A DNA stretch of 64,000 nucleotides from Candidatus Brocadiaceae bacterium (GTDB taxonomy: Bacteria > Planctomycetota > Brocadiia > SM23-32): NCBI GenBank assembly GCA_012728835.1, contig JAAYEJ010000045.1, forward strand, positions 36,475 to 100,474, written 5' to 3'. The translations under genes were made by a program, and so were the position numbers. Below the pieces are notes generated by a model that did no database searches, was not told where the DNA came from, and saw nothing but the letters and a program-made list of their open reading frames with translations. Positions 54,858-64,000 of the stretch are shown here, one piece after another (within the stretch, counting starts at the first letter, position 1; every line of letters starts with the position of its first letter).

Positions 54858-55697
54858 ATGACGACCGCCATCGGCATCGACGTGGGCAGCGCCGCCGTGA
54901 AGGTGATGGCCCTTGTCGACGGACGCCCCGCAGCCTGGCTGGAGGAGCCCACCCGCCCCGCCGTGGCCGAGCAGAGCCGCGCGCTCGCAGGGCAGGCGCT
55001 CGACCGGATGGGCCTGTCGGCCGGCGCCGAGGCCGTGCCACTGTGTGCCACCGGCTACGGCCGCAACCTCGTGCCCGGCGCCCGCACGCGCATCAGTGAG
55101 ATCATGGCCAACGCGGCCGGCGCCGCCTGGCTGGCCGACCACTGGGCGGAGCTGCGCGGCCTCTTCGGCGCCCCGCCGAACCCCCCGCACCTCGGCGGAG
55201 GCTTCCGTACCATCCTGGACGTGGGCGGCCAGGACAACAAGGTCATCGTCCTGGATCCGGACGGCATGATCCGCGACTTCTTCATGAACGACCGATGCGC
55301 GGCGGGCACGGGACGCTTCCTGCAGGTGATGGCCCGGGTGCTGGAACTGGACCTGGCCGGCCTGGACGATCTGGCGCTGTGCGCCGGGAAGCCGGCGCCC
55401 ATCACCAGCGCCTGCACCGTCTTTGCGGAGTCCGAGGTGATCTCCCTCCTGGCCGAGGGGGTGGCCCGCGAAGAGGTCGCCGCCGGCGTGTTCGCCAGCG
55501 TGGCCGCCGGCGTGGCCGCCCTGCCGGCCGCGGGCGCCTGGCAGGAACCGCTGCTGTTCGACGGGGGGCCCTCGCGCAGCCGCGCCCTGCAGGCGGCCCT
55601 GGCCCACCGGCTGGGCATCCAGCCGGCCGTGGCGCCCTGCGGCCAGTTCACCACGGCGCTGGGGGCCTGCCTGATGGCGGATGCCGCTGCCGGATGA
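54858..55697 (+). CDS. Acyl-CoA dehydratase activase (HgdC/BcrAD-type ASKHA ATPase)
   Basis: GIDVGS, ATGYGR, DVGGQDNK, MNDRCAAGTGRFL, SACTVFAESEVIS. Confidence 0.9.
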   Translation: MTTAIGIDVGSAAVKVMALVDGRPAAWLEEPTRPAVAEQSRALAGQALDRMGLSAGAEAVPLCATGYGRNLVPGARTRISEIMANAAGAAWLADHWAELRGLFGAPPNPPHLGGGFRTILDVGGQDNKVIVLDPDGMIRDFFMNDRCAAGTGRFLQVMARVLELDLAGLDDLALCAGKPAPITSACTVFAESEVISLLAEGVAREEVAAGVFASVAAGVAALPAAGAWQEPLLFDGGPSRSRALQAALAHRLGIQPAVAPCGQFTTALGACLMADAAAG

Positions 55698-55781
55698 CCG
55701 TTGGACTCTGCGCGTTCAAGGGTTATGATCGACAGAAGGCTGCATGAGGCAACGGGCCACTGGTTCCTGAGGGGGGGGCTG

Positions 55782-57056
55782 ATGAAACGGGCAGTCTGCG
55801 TGATACTGGCGATCGGTCTGGCTGCCGCCGCAGCGGCGGCCCAGCAGGGGACGGCCGCCCCCGTCGTGGGGGAGGTCAAGATCCCCGTGCGCCACTACAA
55901 GAGCCTGTCGCCCAACGTCGTCTACCGCGCCGCACTCGACGGCGTGAACGCCGACGTGCGCTTCCGCGACGCGTACGCGGGCCGGGCCGACGTGCCCGCG
56001 GGGCTCGGCACCGTCAGGGCCCGGGGCGGCGACCATCCCGTCGCCGTCGCCTTCCGCACCCAGGCCGGACTGCTGTGCCTGGTGCCGTCCACCGGCCTGG
56101 AGGCCCTGCGGAACCTGTTCCGCCTGCCGCCGCAGCAGCCGCTGACGCCGCAGGTGCTCCGAGGCCCCCTGGCCGTGAACGCAGGCCAGCAGATCACGGT
56201 CGAAGGCGCCCTGGTCGGCAAGGGAACCGCTCAGAAGCTGGTGCTGGTCGACTCCGTGTTCACCTACGACGCCCAGGTCCCCGAGGTCCAGCGCGAGGTG
56301 GAGCTGCTCTGGCAGGGCGCGACTGCGCCCTTCGTGATCGACCGGCCCGGCCGTGTGGCCGTCTCCGTGCCGTGCGCGGCCGTGCCGGGGCAGACGGTCG
56401 AGGCCGCCGTCACCGTTGAGGCCCTGTCGCCCGATGCGCTCCTGGACCGCCTGGCCGCGGTCACGGCCGTCCGCGAGGGCCGGCCCGGCACGCGGAAGGC
56501 CTACGGGCAGTACGACGCCAACACCGTCTACCGCCATGCGTCGGCCGACAACCCCGTCAACGTGGACTTCACGGACACCGTCTCGGGCGTCTTTCGCACG
56601 GGCCTGCCTCGCGAACTCCTGACGGTCAGGGCGCTGCGCAACGACATGCTGGTCGACCTGCCGACCGGTCTCGCCTTCGAGGTGGCCAGCCAGGTGGTCT
56701 GCCTGGTGCCGTCGGACATGCCCACGCCGCTGGCGCGCGCATCCACGGCCGTCCCGGGCGAACGCGTGCGGATCCGCGGCACCACGGCCGGCCGCCGGGG
56801 CGGCTACTCGATCGTGTCGGTGGACTACGTGGGCTTCCCGGAGCAGGATGCGGAGGCTCGCGACGCCTGGCTGGTCCGGTTGGAGTGGCCGGGCACGCGG
56901 CCGAGGGAGTTCTGGGACTTCGGCCTCTACCGGCTCAGCGACCTGCCGTGTCCGGGCGCGCCGGCCCGCACGCAGGCGCTCCAGGTGTTCCTCAGCGAGT
57001 TCCGGCGGCTGGAGGTCGCCGTGCCGGTCCCTGCCGGGGCCGGCGCCGGGGGCTGA
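55782..57056 (+). CDS. Hypothetical exported protein with an internal two-fold duplication
   Basis: Signal peptide; two ~190-aa halves sharing N.VYR, CLVPS, V.VD, L.W.G, PC motifs. Confidence 0.7.
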   Translation: MKRAVCVILAIGLAAAAAAAQQGTAAPVVGEVKIPVRHYKSLSPNVVYRAALDGVNADVRFRDAYAGRADVPAGLGTVRARGGDHPVAVAFRTQAGLLCLVPSTGLEALRNLFRLPPQQPLTPQVLRGPLAVNAGQQITVEGALVGKGTAQKLVLVDSVFTYDAQVPEVQREVELLWQGATAPFVIDRPGRVAVSVPCAAVPGQTVEAAVTVEALSPDALLDRLAAVTAVREGRPGTRKAYGQYDANTVYRHASADNPVNVDFTDTVSGVFRTGLPRELLTVRALRNDMLVDLPTGLAFEVASQVVCLVPSDMPTPLARASTAVPGERVRIRGTTAGRRGGYSIVSVDYVGFPEQDAEARDAWLVRLEWPGTRPREFWDFGLYRLSDLPCPGAPARTQALQVFLSEFRRLEVAVPVPAGAGAGG

Positions 57057-57066
57057 GGGCGCCCGC

Positions 57067-57672
57067 TCAGGACTGCGCGTCGGCGGCCAGTTCCCTGCCG
57101 CGCGCCATGGCGCGTTCGTTGAGGTCCAGCAGTTCCGGGCGCCGGCGGCCCAGCAGTTGGGCCATTGCGGCCTGGCATGCCTCGAGCCCGACCAGTTGCG
57201 TCAGGCGCAGGAGCGCGCCGAGCATGATGACGTTCGCGACGCGGACGTCGCCCATCTCGGCGGCGATCTCGGTGGCCGGCAGGCGCACGAGCCGCCGGGC
57301 GGCCCCCGCGCCGTCCGGGCCGACCACGACCGTCGAGGCGTTCACCAGCATCAGGCCGTCCGGCCTGAGCAGGGGCGCGAAGCGGTCGTAGGAGGGCTGG
57401 CTGAGGACCACGAGGGTGTCCGCCTGCTCCACCACGGGGCTGTAGATCGTGCCCGTGCCGATGACGATCTGGCAGTTCGCCGTGCCGCCGCGTACTTCCG
57501 CTCCGTAGGACTGCATGTAGGTGACGTTCTTGCCCTCATGCATGGCGGCGGTGCAGAGCAGCTTGCCCAGCGTCATGATGCCCTGGCCGCCGAAGCCGGC
57601 CACGATCAACCTGCATTCGTCCGTCTCGGGTAGAACGGCCACGTGCGGGAACCTCCAGTGGGGGCGGCTCAC
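57067..57672 (-). CDS. 2-oxoacid:ferredoxin oxidoreductase gamma subunit
   Basis: AGFGGQGI, SYGAEVRGGTANC, ANVIMLGA. Confidence 0.92.
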   Translation of the reverse strand: MSRPHWRFPHVAVLPETDECRLIVAGFGGQGIMTLGKLLCTAAMHEGKNVTYMQSYGAEVRGGTANCQIVIGTGTIYSPVVEQADTLVVLSQPSYDRFAPLLRPDGLMLVNASTVVVGPDGAGAARRLVRLPATEIAAEMGDVRVANVIMLGALLRLTQLVGLEACQAAMAQLLGRRRPELLDLNERAMARGRELAADAQS

Positions 57673-58442
57673 TGCCCGGCCTTCACGTCGCGGATGATCC
57701 CGACGGGGAAGGTCTTCGTCAACTCATCCTGAACGTAACGGCATGCCTCGGCCGGCGTCATGCGCCAGTAGGTCGGACAGGGCGAGAGCACTTCGATCAG
57801 GGCGAACCCGACCCCGTCCATCTGGTAGCGGAAGGCCTTCTTCAGCAGGGCCTTGGTCCGGCGGATGCTGGACGGGTCGGCCAGCATGGTGCGCGCCAGC
57901 AGGGCCGGAGCGTCCAGCCGGTCCAGGAGTTCGCAGACGCGGATGGGGTAGCCCATCTCCACGTCGCGGCCCCGCGGGCTGGTCGTCGTCTTCTGGCCGA
58001 TCAGAGTCGTCGGCGCCATCTGGCCCTGGGTCATGGCGTACACGGTGTTGTTGATGAAGATCACGGTGATCTTCTCGCCCCGGTTGGCGGCGTGGATGGT
58101 CTCGGCCATGCCGATCGAGGCCAGGTCGCCGTCGCCCTGGTAGGTGAAGACCACCTTATCCGGATGAATGCGCTTGATGGCCGTGGCCACCGCGGGGGGG
58201 CGGCCGTGCGCCGCCTCGCTCCAGTCGATGTCCACGTAGTCATAGGCCAGCACGGCACAGCCGACGGGGGCGATGCCGATGGTCCGCTCGCGGATGTCCA
58301 GCTCGGCGAGCAACTCGGCCAGCAGGCGGTGCATGATGCCGTGGCCGCAGCCGGCGCAGTAGTGCGTGCTGACGTCCAGAAGCGCCCCGGGGCGCTCGTA
58401 AAGGGCGTCGCGGGCGGTCTTCTGCACATCCTGTGTACTCAT
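57669..58442 (-). CDS. 2-oxoacid:ferredoxin oxidoreductase beta (TPP-binding) subunit
   Basis: YCAGCGHG, PVGC, HGR, YQGDGDLASIG, NN..YAMTQGQ, SPCP. Confidence 0.93.
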   Translation of the reverse strand: MSTQDVQKTARDALYERPGALLDVSTHYCAGCGHGIMHRLLAELLAELDIRERTIGIAPVGCAVLAYDYVDIDWSEAAHGRPPAVATAIKRIHPDKVVFTYQGDGDLASIGMAETIHAANRGEKITVIFINNTVYAMTQGQMAPTTLIGQKTTTSPRGRDVEMGYPIRVCELLDRLDAPALLARTMLADPSSIRRTKALLKKAFRYQMDGVGFALIEVLSPCPTYWRMTPAEACRYVQDELTKTFPVGIIRDVKAGQ

Positions 58443-58461
58443 CTGCCCCTTCCTCCGGGCC

Positions 58462-59526
58462 TCAGGCGAAGAAGTCCTCGATCGCGCGCACGACCTCGGC
58501 GGCGGTCGGCACGCGGCCGCCCATCCGGCCCAGCAGTCTCACGGGCGTGGCGCCGTCAATGGCCAGACGCACGTCCTCGATCAGTTGGCCGGCGCTCAGT
58601 TCCACGCTCAGCACCCCGCGCGCCCCCTGGGCCTGCCGGGCCAGGGCGGCATACGGGAACGGCCAGAGCGTGATCGGCCGGAACAGGGCGACGCTCAGCC
58701 CCAGCGAGGCGGGCGGCTGTTCCACAACCTGGCGACAGATGCGCGCCGGCGTGCCGTAGGCCACCAGCACGACGTCGGCGTCCGGCGGGCCGACCTGCTC
58801 AGAGCGCGTCTCCTCCGCGCAGATGCGGTCATACTTGGCCTGGATGCGCTCGTTCAGCTCGGCCAGGGCGTCCACCGTGTGGCGGTAGGAGCGGATGGTG
58901 TTCCGCGCACGGCCGGGCTCGCCGGTCAGCGCCCAGGGCTTCTCCGGAGGCGACGGGGGCGGCAGGTGGTCGAAGCGCGTCGGCTCCATCATCTGGCCCA
59001 GCAGCCCGTCGCTGAGCACCACGACGGGGTTGCGGTAACGGTCTGCAAGGTCGAACGCGTCGTAGGTCAGGTCGCAGACCTCCTGCACGGACGCCGGCGC
59101 CAGGCAGAGCGTGCGGTAGTCGCCATGGCCGCCGCCGCGCGTGCTCTGGAAGTAGTCGCCCTGGGACGGGGCGATGTTGCCCAGCCCCGGCCCGCCCCGC
59201 TGCACGTTCACGATGACGGCGGGCAGCTCGCTGCCGGCCAGGTAGGAGATGCCTTCCTGCTTCAGGCTGACGCCCGGGCTGCTGGACGAGGTCATCGTCC
59301 GCGCGCCGGCCGCCGATGCGCCGTAGACCATGTTGATGGCCGCCACTTCGCTCTCGGCCTGGATGAAGGTGCCGCCGCGCAGCGGCAACTGGTCCGCCAT
59401 GAAGGCGGTCAGCTCGTTCTGCGGGGTGATCGGATACCCGGCGTAGAGCCGGCAGCCCGCGCGGATGGCCGCCTCGCCCGCCGCTTCGTTGCCGCTGATG
59501 AGAACCCGTCCTTCGTTGTCCTGCAC
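58462..59526 (-). CDS. vorB: 2-oxoacid:ferredoxin oxidoreductase alpha subunit (VorB-like)
   Basis: GNEA, GYPITPQ, QAESE, TSSSSPGVSLKQE, RGGPGLGNI, GGGHGDY. Confidence 0.88.
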   Translation of the reverse strand: MQDNEGRVLISGNEAAGEAAIRAGCRLYAGYPITPQNELTAFMADQLPLRGGTFIQAESEVAAINMVYGASAAGARTMTSSSSPGVSLKQEGISYLAGSELPAVIVNVQRGGPGLGNIAPSQGDYFQSTRGGGHGDYRTLCLAPASVQEVCDLTYDAFDLADRYRNPVVVLSDGLLGQMMEPTRFDHLPPPSPPEKPWALTGEPGRARNTIRSYRHTVDALAELNERIQAKYDRICAEETRSEQVGPPDADVVLVAYGTPARICRQVVEQPPASLGLSVALFRPITLWPFPYAALARQAQGARGVLSVELSAGQLIEDVRLAIDGATPVRLLGRMGGRVPTAAEVVRAIEDFFA

Positions 59527-59558
59527 GGCCTTATCCTATCCTGTTGCAGTGCCGGGGA

Positions 59559-59816
59559 CTATTTCGTCGCGGACGCGTCCGCCTTGCCGGTCCGGCGGCC
59601 GATGCGAAACACCTCCACCGCCGCGTCGGGACAGACCGCCGTGCACCGCAGGCAGCCGGTGCACTCCACGTCGGGCTGGACGACGGCCGCCTGCACGCCG
59701 CGCTTGTTCGGGCGGGGGTCAATGACCAGCTTGCCGTGCTCGCAGAACGCCACGCAGAGGCCGCAGCCCTTGCAGTAGCGCTCCAGGATGATGACCTCGA
59801 ATCGTCTATCTGTCAT
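59559..59816 (-). CDS. 2x[4Fe-4S] ferredoxin (oxidoreductase delta subunit)
   Basis: CKGCGLCVAFC and CTGCLRCTAVCP. Confidence 0.92.
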   Translation of the reverse strand: MTDRRFEVIILERYCKGCGLCVAFCEHGKLVIDPRPNKRGVQAAVVQPDVECTGCLRCTAVCPDAAVEVFRIGRRTGKADASATK

Positions 59817-60648
59817 AGCGCGGTTGCCCTCTCCAGTCCAACTTGTTCTCCAGCGTGCTGAAGAAGGCGTTCCTTCCCGTTTGAATCAGCTTGAGCGGGC
59901 GGTCCGCCTTGCGCACGCGGACCGCGTCGCCTTCGCGCAGTTCCTCGTTCACCTGGCCGTCTACGGTCAGGCCCGGACGCTCGGCCCACTGCCGCGGCAC
60001 GATGGCCAGCGTCAGGTGCGCGGGCAGCACCAGCGGGCGGTTGCTCAGGGTGTGCGGGCAGATGGGGGCAACGACCATGGCCTCCATGTCCGGGTGCACG
60101 ATGGGACCGCCGGCCGCCAGGCTGTGCGCCGTCGAGCCCACGGGCGTCGCCACGATCAGTCCGTCGGCACGGTAGGTCACCATCGGCTCGCCGCCCACCT
60201 CCAGGTCCAGCGTGATGATGCGCGAGAGCGACGTGCGGCCGACGACCACGTCGTTCAGCCCGACGGTCGAGAGCACCGTTTCGCCGTCCCGCACCAGTTC
60301 GCAGGCCAGCATCATGCGGTCAACCACCAGGCAGCGCCCGTCCAGGACGTCGGCGAGCACGGCCTGACTGCTCTCGGCGTCCGTTTCGGTCAGGAAGCCG
60401 AACTTCCCCAGGTTCACGCCCAACAGCGGTATGCCGTGCGGCGCCAGATCGCGCGCGGCGCGCAGCACGGTGCCGTCGCCGCCGAGCACCAGGGCGAAAT
60501 CGGCCCCGCCGGGCCCGACCGGGACCTCCAGGTCCAGGTCCACACGCACCTCGGCCCGCCGGGCCAGCCAGGGCTCGAGTTCGGCCACGGCCCTGTGGAC
60601 GGCGTCCTTGGCGCGGTTTCCGACGATGATGACCTTCTTCGGTGCCAT
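59806..60648 (-). CDS. nadK: NAD kinase
   Basis: LGGDGT, NLGKFGFL, LND, ADGLIVATPVGSTAHSLAAGGP, PICPHTL, DG. Confidence 0.95.
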   Translation of the reverse strand: MAPKKVIIVGNRAKDAVHRAVAELEPWLARRAEVRVDLDLEVPVGPGGADFALVLGGDGTVLRAARDLAPHGIPLLGVNLGKFGFLTETDAESSQAVLADVLDGRCLVVDRMMLACELVRDGETVLSTVGLNDVVVGRTSLSRIITLDLEVGGEPMVTYRADGLIVATPVGSTAHSLAAGGPIVHPDMEAMVVAPICPHTLSNRPLVLPAHLTLAIVPRQWAERPGLTVDGQVNEELREGDAVRVRKADRPLKLIQTGRNAFFSTLENKLDWRGQPRYDR

Positions 60649-60669
60649 CGGCTCTCGCAGGGACGCCGC

Positions 60670-60936
60670 CTACTGCGCCGGCCCCTCGAACGGCTCCTCC
60701 TTCAGGTCTCCGTCGAGCGTCTCCACCAGCTTGCGGACCTTCAGCTCGGCCTCTCCCAGCAACGTCTGGCAGCGCTGGAAGGCGGCAATCCCTTCCTCGT
60801 ACAGCCGCAGCGACTCGTCGAGGGTCAGGTTGCCCTCCTCGAGGCGTCGCACGATCTCCTCCAGCTTCCGGAGGGCCTCCTCGAAGGTCGGCGCCGCGTC
60901 CTCGGACGCCTGGCGGGCGCTCTCGTCGTCAGCCAT
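60670..60936 (-). CDS. xseB: Exodeoxyribonuclease VII small subunit
   Basis: TFEEALRKLEEIVRRLEEGNLTLDESLRLYEEG..C..LL..AELKV. Confidence 0.94.
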   Translation of the reverse strand: MADDESARQASEDAAPTFEEALRKLEEIVRRLEEGNLTLDESLRLYEEGIAAFQRCQTLLGEAELKVRKLVETLDGDLKEEPFEGPAQ

Positions 60937-61201
60937 CGGGAACCCCGGTCCTGGAGTGAACGCAGCCCGCCGGCATGTCCGCCGCCACACGCGGGCTCGT
61001 CGCCATTATAGTGTACGGCCCGGGGGCAATGGAAGCTCCCCCTTCACCGTCCCGGTGCCGGCAGGTCCGGTGGAGGGCCGGCGAGCACGTCCGGCCCGAT
61101 TGCGCGGGGTGGCCGTTTGCGGTAACATGGCCGTTGTGGCGCCGGCGGCACGGCGGGGGCGTCCGGGGCGTGCGGAGAGCCATTTGCAGGGAGGCGCTGG
61201 G

Positions 61202-61684
61202 ATGCCTGAACTGTTCTCGGCAAAGGAGCTGATCGAGGTGGCCATCCGGGAGGAGCATACCGGGGCCGTCTACTACCGGGCCGTGGCCGAGGCCGCGGGA
61301 ACGGACGAACTGGCGGCGTTCGCCATGACCGTGGCCCACATGGAGGACGAGCACGAGGCCGAGTTCCGGTCGCTGCTGGAGAGCCTGGGGCCGCCGCGGC
61401 CGCCGGCGGAGTCCTACGAGGGCGAGTACGGGGCCTACATGGCCTATCTGCTGGAGGGCCGCATCTTTCCGACCGGGCGGGACGGGGTCGAACTGGCCCG
61501 AAACCAGCCCGACGACCGGTCGGCCGTCGAGACGGCCCTGGAGCTGGAGCGCAACACGCTCCTGTTCTACCACGAGATGCTGCCGTTCGTGCCCGAAGAG
61601 CACCATGACCTGCTCAACGGCATCATTGCGGAGGAGCGACAGCACGTGACGGACCTGGCCCGCTACCACCAGAGGCACTTCTGA
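61202..61684 (+). CDS. Rubrerythrin/ferritin-like protein
   Basis: AIREE..YY, EDEH, ALELERNTLLFY, IAEERQH diiron motifs. Confidence 0.9.
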   Translation: MPELFSAKELIEVAIREEHTGAVYYRAVAEAAGTDELAAFAMTVAHMEDEHEAEFRSLLESLGPPRPPAESYEGEYGAYMAYLLEGRIFPTGRDGVELARNQPDDRSAVETALELERNTLLFYHEMLPFVPEEHHDLLNGIIAEERQHVTDLARYHQRHF

Positions 61685-61967
61685 ACGTCGTTGCGGAAGT
61701 CGCGGCGGGCTCGAGGGAGTCCGCAACGTCCTCAACGGCCGCCGGTTCCGTCAGGGGGGCCGCCTGGGCGTCCATGTGCCCGGCGATGCGTTCCAGCGCG
61801 TCGCGGATCTGCGTCAGCAGCTCCTGCCGGTCGTCCGCAACGGCCCGCATCTGCTCCACGTGCCGGTCGTTCAGGGCGGCCTGCAGGCTCGCGCGGACGG
61901 ACACGACGGTGGCGAAGAAGGCCAGGATCAGGCAGATGAGCCATCCCATCATCTGAGTCGTGTTCAT
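61623..61967 (-). CDS. Small single-TM hypothetical protein
   Basis: AGGGGAG RBS, ATG overlapping the ABC gene stop, hydrophobic N-terminus then coiled coil; 3' end overlaps the rubrerythrin-like gene. Confidence 0.55.
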   Translation of the reverse strand: MNTTQMMGWLICLILAFFATVVSVRASLQAALNDRHVEQMRAVADDRQELLTQIRDALERIAGHMDAQAAPLTEPAAVEDVADSLEPAATSATTFRSASGGSGPGPSRAVAPPQ

Positions 61968-63964
61968 TTCGTCTCCCCTTCCTGTGGAATTCGGGCGGGC
62001 GGGGCCTGCACGGGGGCTCCGGGGCCGTCCGCACTGGCGAACTGCATGCGACAGAGCCGGAAGTACTCGCCCTGCAGGGCCAGCAGTTCCTCGTGCGTGC
62101 CCTGTTCCACGATCCGGCCGCGGTGGAGGACCACGATGCGGTCGGCATGGCGCACCGTGGACAGGCGGTGGGCAATGACCAGCGTCGTGCGGCCCTCCAT
62201 GAGCGTCCCGAGCGCCTTCTGGACGAGCATCTCGGACTCGGCGTCCAGGCTCGACGTCGCTTCGTCCAGGATCAGGATGGGGGCGTTCTTCAGCAGGGCA
62301 CGGGCGATGGTGATGCACTGCCGCTGGCCGCCCGAGAAGCGGTCGCCGGCCTCCCCGGCGACCGTCTCATAGCCCTCCGGCAGGCCGCGGATGAACGCGT
62401 CGATATTGGCGGCGGCCGCCGCCTGGCGCACCTCCTCGTCGTCGGCGCCCGGCTTCCCGTAGCGGATGTTCTCGGCGATGGAGCGGTTGAACAGGAACGG
62501 ATGCTGCCCCACGATGGCGATCTGATCCATCAGGCTGTGGCGGCCCACATGGCGCACGTCGATGCCGCCGACCAGCACGGCGCCGTCGGTGACGTCGTAG
62601 AAACGGGGGATCAGGTCCAGCAGGGTGCTCTTGCCGGCCCCGGTCTCGCCGACGATGGCGTAGGTCTTGCCGGCCGGCACGAAGAGGCAGATGTCCTTCA
62701 GAACGGGTTCGTCGCCGTATGAGAACCAGACGTTGCGGTACTCGATGCCGTTGCCGACCGAGTCCAGGTCCACCGCGTCGGGGGCATCGCGGATGTCCGG
62801 TTCGGAGTCGACGATCTCGAACAGGCGGTTGACGCTGGCCGTGCTGCGCTGGAGCGAGTTGTAGGCCTTGACGATGCGGCGCACCCGGCCCTCGATCAGG
62901 CCCAGCGCGATGATGCAGCCGAGGGCCTCCTTCAGCTGCAGGCCGCGGTTGGCGACCAGCCAGTCGGCCACCATGAGCACCAGCGTCGTGGCCAGGACGC
63001 CTCCCAGGAAGTGCGGCAGCACGCCGGCCCAGGCCTCGCTGCGGACGAGCTTGAGGGCCCGCTGCACCTGGGCATGGTTCCGCGTCCGGAACTCCTCGCG
63101 CTCCGCCGTCTCCATGTGGAAGGCCTTGACCACGCGGATGCCGTTGAGCATCTGTGTGACGGCATCGGTCACATCGGCCAGCCTTTCCAGCATCTTGCCG
63201 GCTCGGCGCCGGATGCGGGAGCCGAAGCGGCTGATGACGAAGATGAACGGCGGGGCGGTCAGCGACGAGATCAGGGCCAGTTCGGGGCTGTACCACAGGG
63301 CCAGGCCAATGAACATGACCAGCATGAGCGGGTCCATGATGATCTTGCTGAAGATCACGCCGAGCGCCGTCTCGGTGCGGCTGATGTCGTTCGTGAGGCG
63401 GCTGACGATGTCGCCCGTGCGGTGGCGCGCGAAGTAGCTCAGGGACAGATCGCTGAGGCGGTCGAAGACGGCCACGCGCATGTCCGCAAGCACGTTCCAG
63501 ACCACGCGCCCGCTCAGGTACTCCTGCAGGAAGCCCGCCGCCAGGAACGGCGGGCCGATGGCGAACAGCAGCACGAGGGCGATGCGTGTCAGGCTCAGAT
63601 CATCCAGGAGCCAGGCGGAGACCCTCCGCACGATGGGCAGGCCCAGGAACCACTCCTTCGTCTTCTCCCTCAGGCCGGTGAAGGCCGGCTCCTGCGCGCC
63701 GTCGTGCCCGTCTTCCTCCGGCATGGGCGCGACCTCCGCCGGGACGACGGGCTCCGCGATCCGATCCGCCTGGACCGCCTGTGCGGGGGCGCCGTCGCTC
63801 CGGAATGCGTCGATCAGCGGATGGATCAGCAGCACCGCGCAGAGGGCGGCGGCCGAGTAGACCATCATGCAGCAGAGCGCCAGCACGATGGTCCGCCAGT
63901 AGGCGAACCCGTAGCGGTAGAAGCGCAGGAGATTCCTGTAGCTCTGTCCGGCACGTTCACGCAT
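61964..63964 (-). CDS. ABC exporter, fused permease/ATPase (MsbA-like)
   Basis: TM domain with GDIVSRLTND, GIRVVKAF; GETGAGKST, FSGGQRQ, LILDEATS, IAHRLST. Confidence 0.92.
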   Translation of the reverse strand: MRERAGQSYRNLLRFYRYGFAYWRTIVLALCCMMVYSAAALCAVLLIHPLIDAFRSDGAPAQAVQADRIAEPVVPAEVAPMPEEDGHDGAQEPAFTGLREKTKEWFLGLPIVRRVSAWLLDDLSLTRIALVLLFAIGPPFLAAGFLQEYLSGRVVWNVLADMRVAVFDRLSDLSLSYFARHRTGDIVSRLTNDISRTETALGVIFSKIIMDPLMLVMFIGLALWYSPELALISSLTAPPFIFVISRFGSRIRRRAGKMLERLADVTDAVTQMLNGIRVVKAFHMETAEREEFRTRNHAQVQRALKLVRSEAWAGVLPHFLGGVLATTLVLMVADWLVANRGLQLKEALGCIIALGLIEGRVRRIVKAYNSLQRSTASVNRLFEIVDSEPDIRDAPDAVDLDSVGNGIEYRNVWFSYGDEPVLKDICLFVPAGKTYAIVGETGAGKSTLLDLIPRFYDVTDGAVLVGGIDVRHVGRHSLMDQIAIVGQHPFLFNRSIAENIRYGKPGADDEEVRQAAAAANIDAFIRGLPEGYETVAGEAGDRFSGGQRQCITIARALLKNAPILILDEATSSLDAESEMLVQKALGTLMEGRTTLVIAHRLSTVRHADRIVVLHRGRIVEQGTHEELLALQGEYFRLCRMQFASADGPGAPVQAPPARIPQEGETK

Positions 63965-64000
63965 CGGGACGATGACCTGACAAGGTGACGCAGAAAGAGA

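Noticed and set aside
1..64000. CRISPR array, cas genes or rRNA
   Set aside because: No regularly spaced repeats, cas-like ORFs or rRNA-like sequence seen

Overview
GC-rich bacterial chromosome window, most likely from an anaerobic member of the Planctomycetota. Support for that: a LEPR-XLL N-terminal motif protein, a pilB-pilT-pilB arrangement, hcp, a Vor-type 2-oxoacid oxidoreductase, a rubrerythrin-like protein and a dehydratase activase; the taxonomy is an inference. Most of the window is housekeeping or metabolic: hcp, galK, pcrA/uvrD, oxidoreductases, a sulfatase, a DtxR-led Mrp/MinD-ferredoxin/DUF89 operon, S41 proteases, GH9, lptB, type IV pilus ATPases, thrC, thiC, nadA, vor genes, nadK, xseB and an MsbA-like exporter. 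The most interesting part is a decayed island (~27-33.4 kb) at the 3' end of a tRNA-Arg(CCG). It holds IS66/ISL3 debris, a GT-C-type membrane protein, and two tandem large-serine-recombinase remnants whose att core (TGGTACCCC) lies inside the recombinase reading frame. It also holds a 1.5-kb mini-element whose only intact content is an NYN/PIN-like nuclease gene plus a divergently transcribed, self-terminated ~60-nt structured RNA, a candidate RNA-antitoxin/NYN-toxin system. Other notable items: an S41 pseudo-protease paired with an intact S41 protease, a membrane-anchored PspA-like gene pair, a SecD-head-only protein, and a tRNA with a compensatory A19-U56 pair. All calls come from motif recognition by eye; no searches were run.
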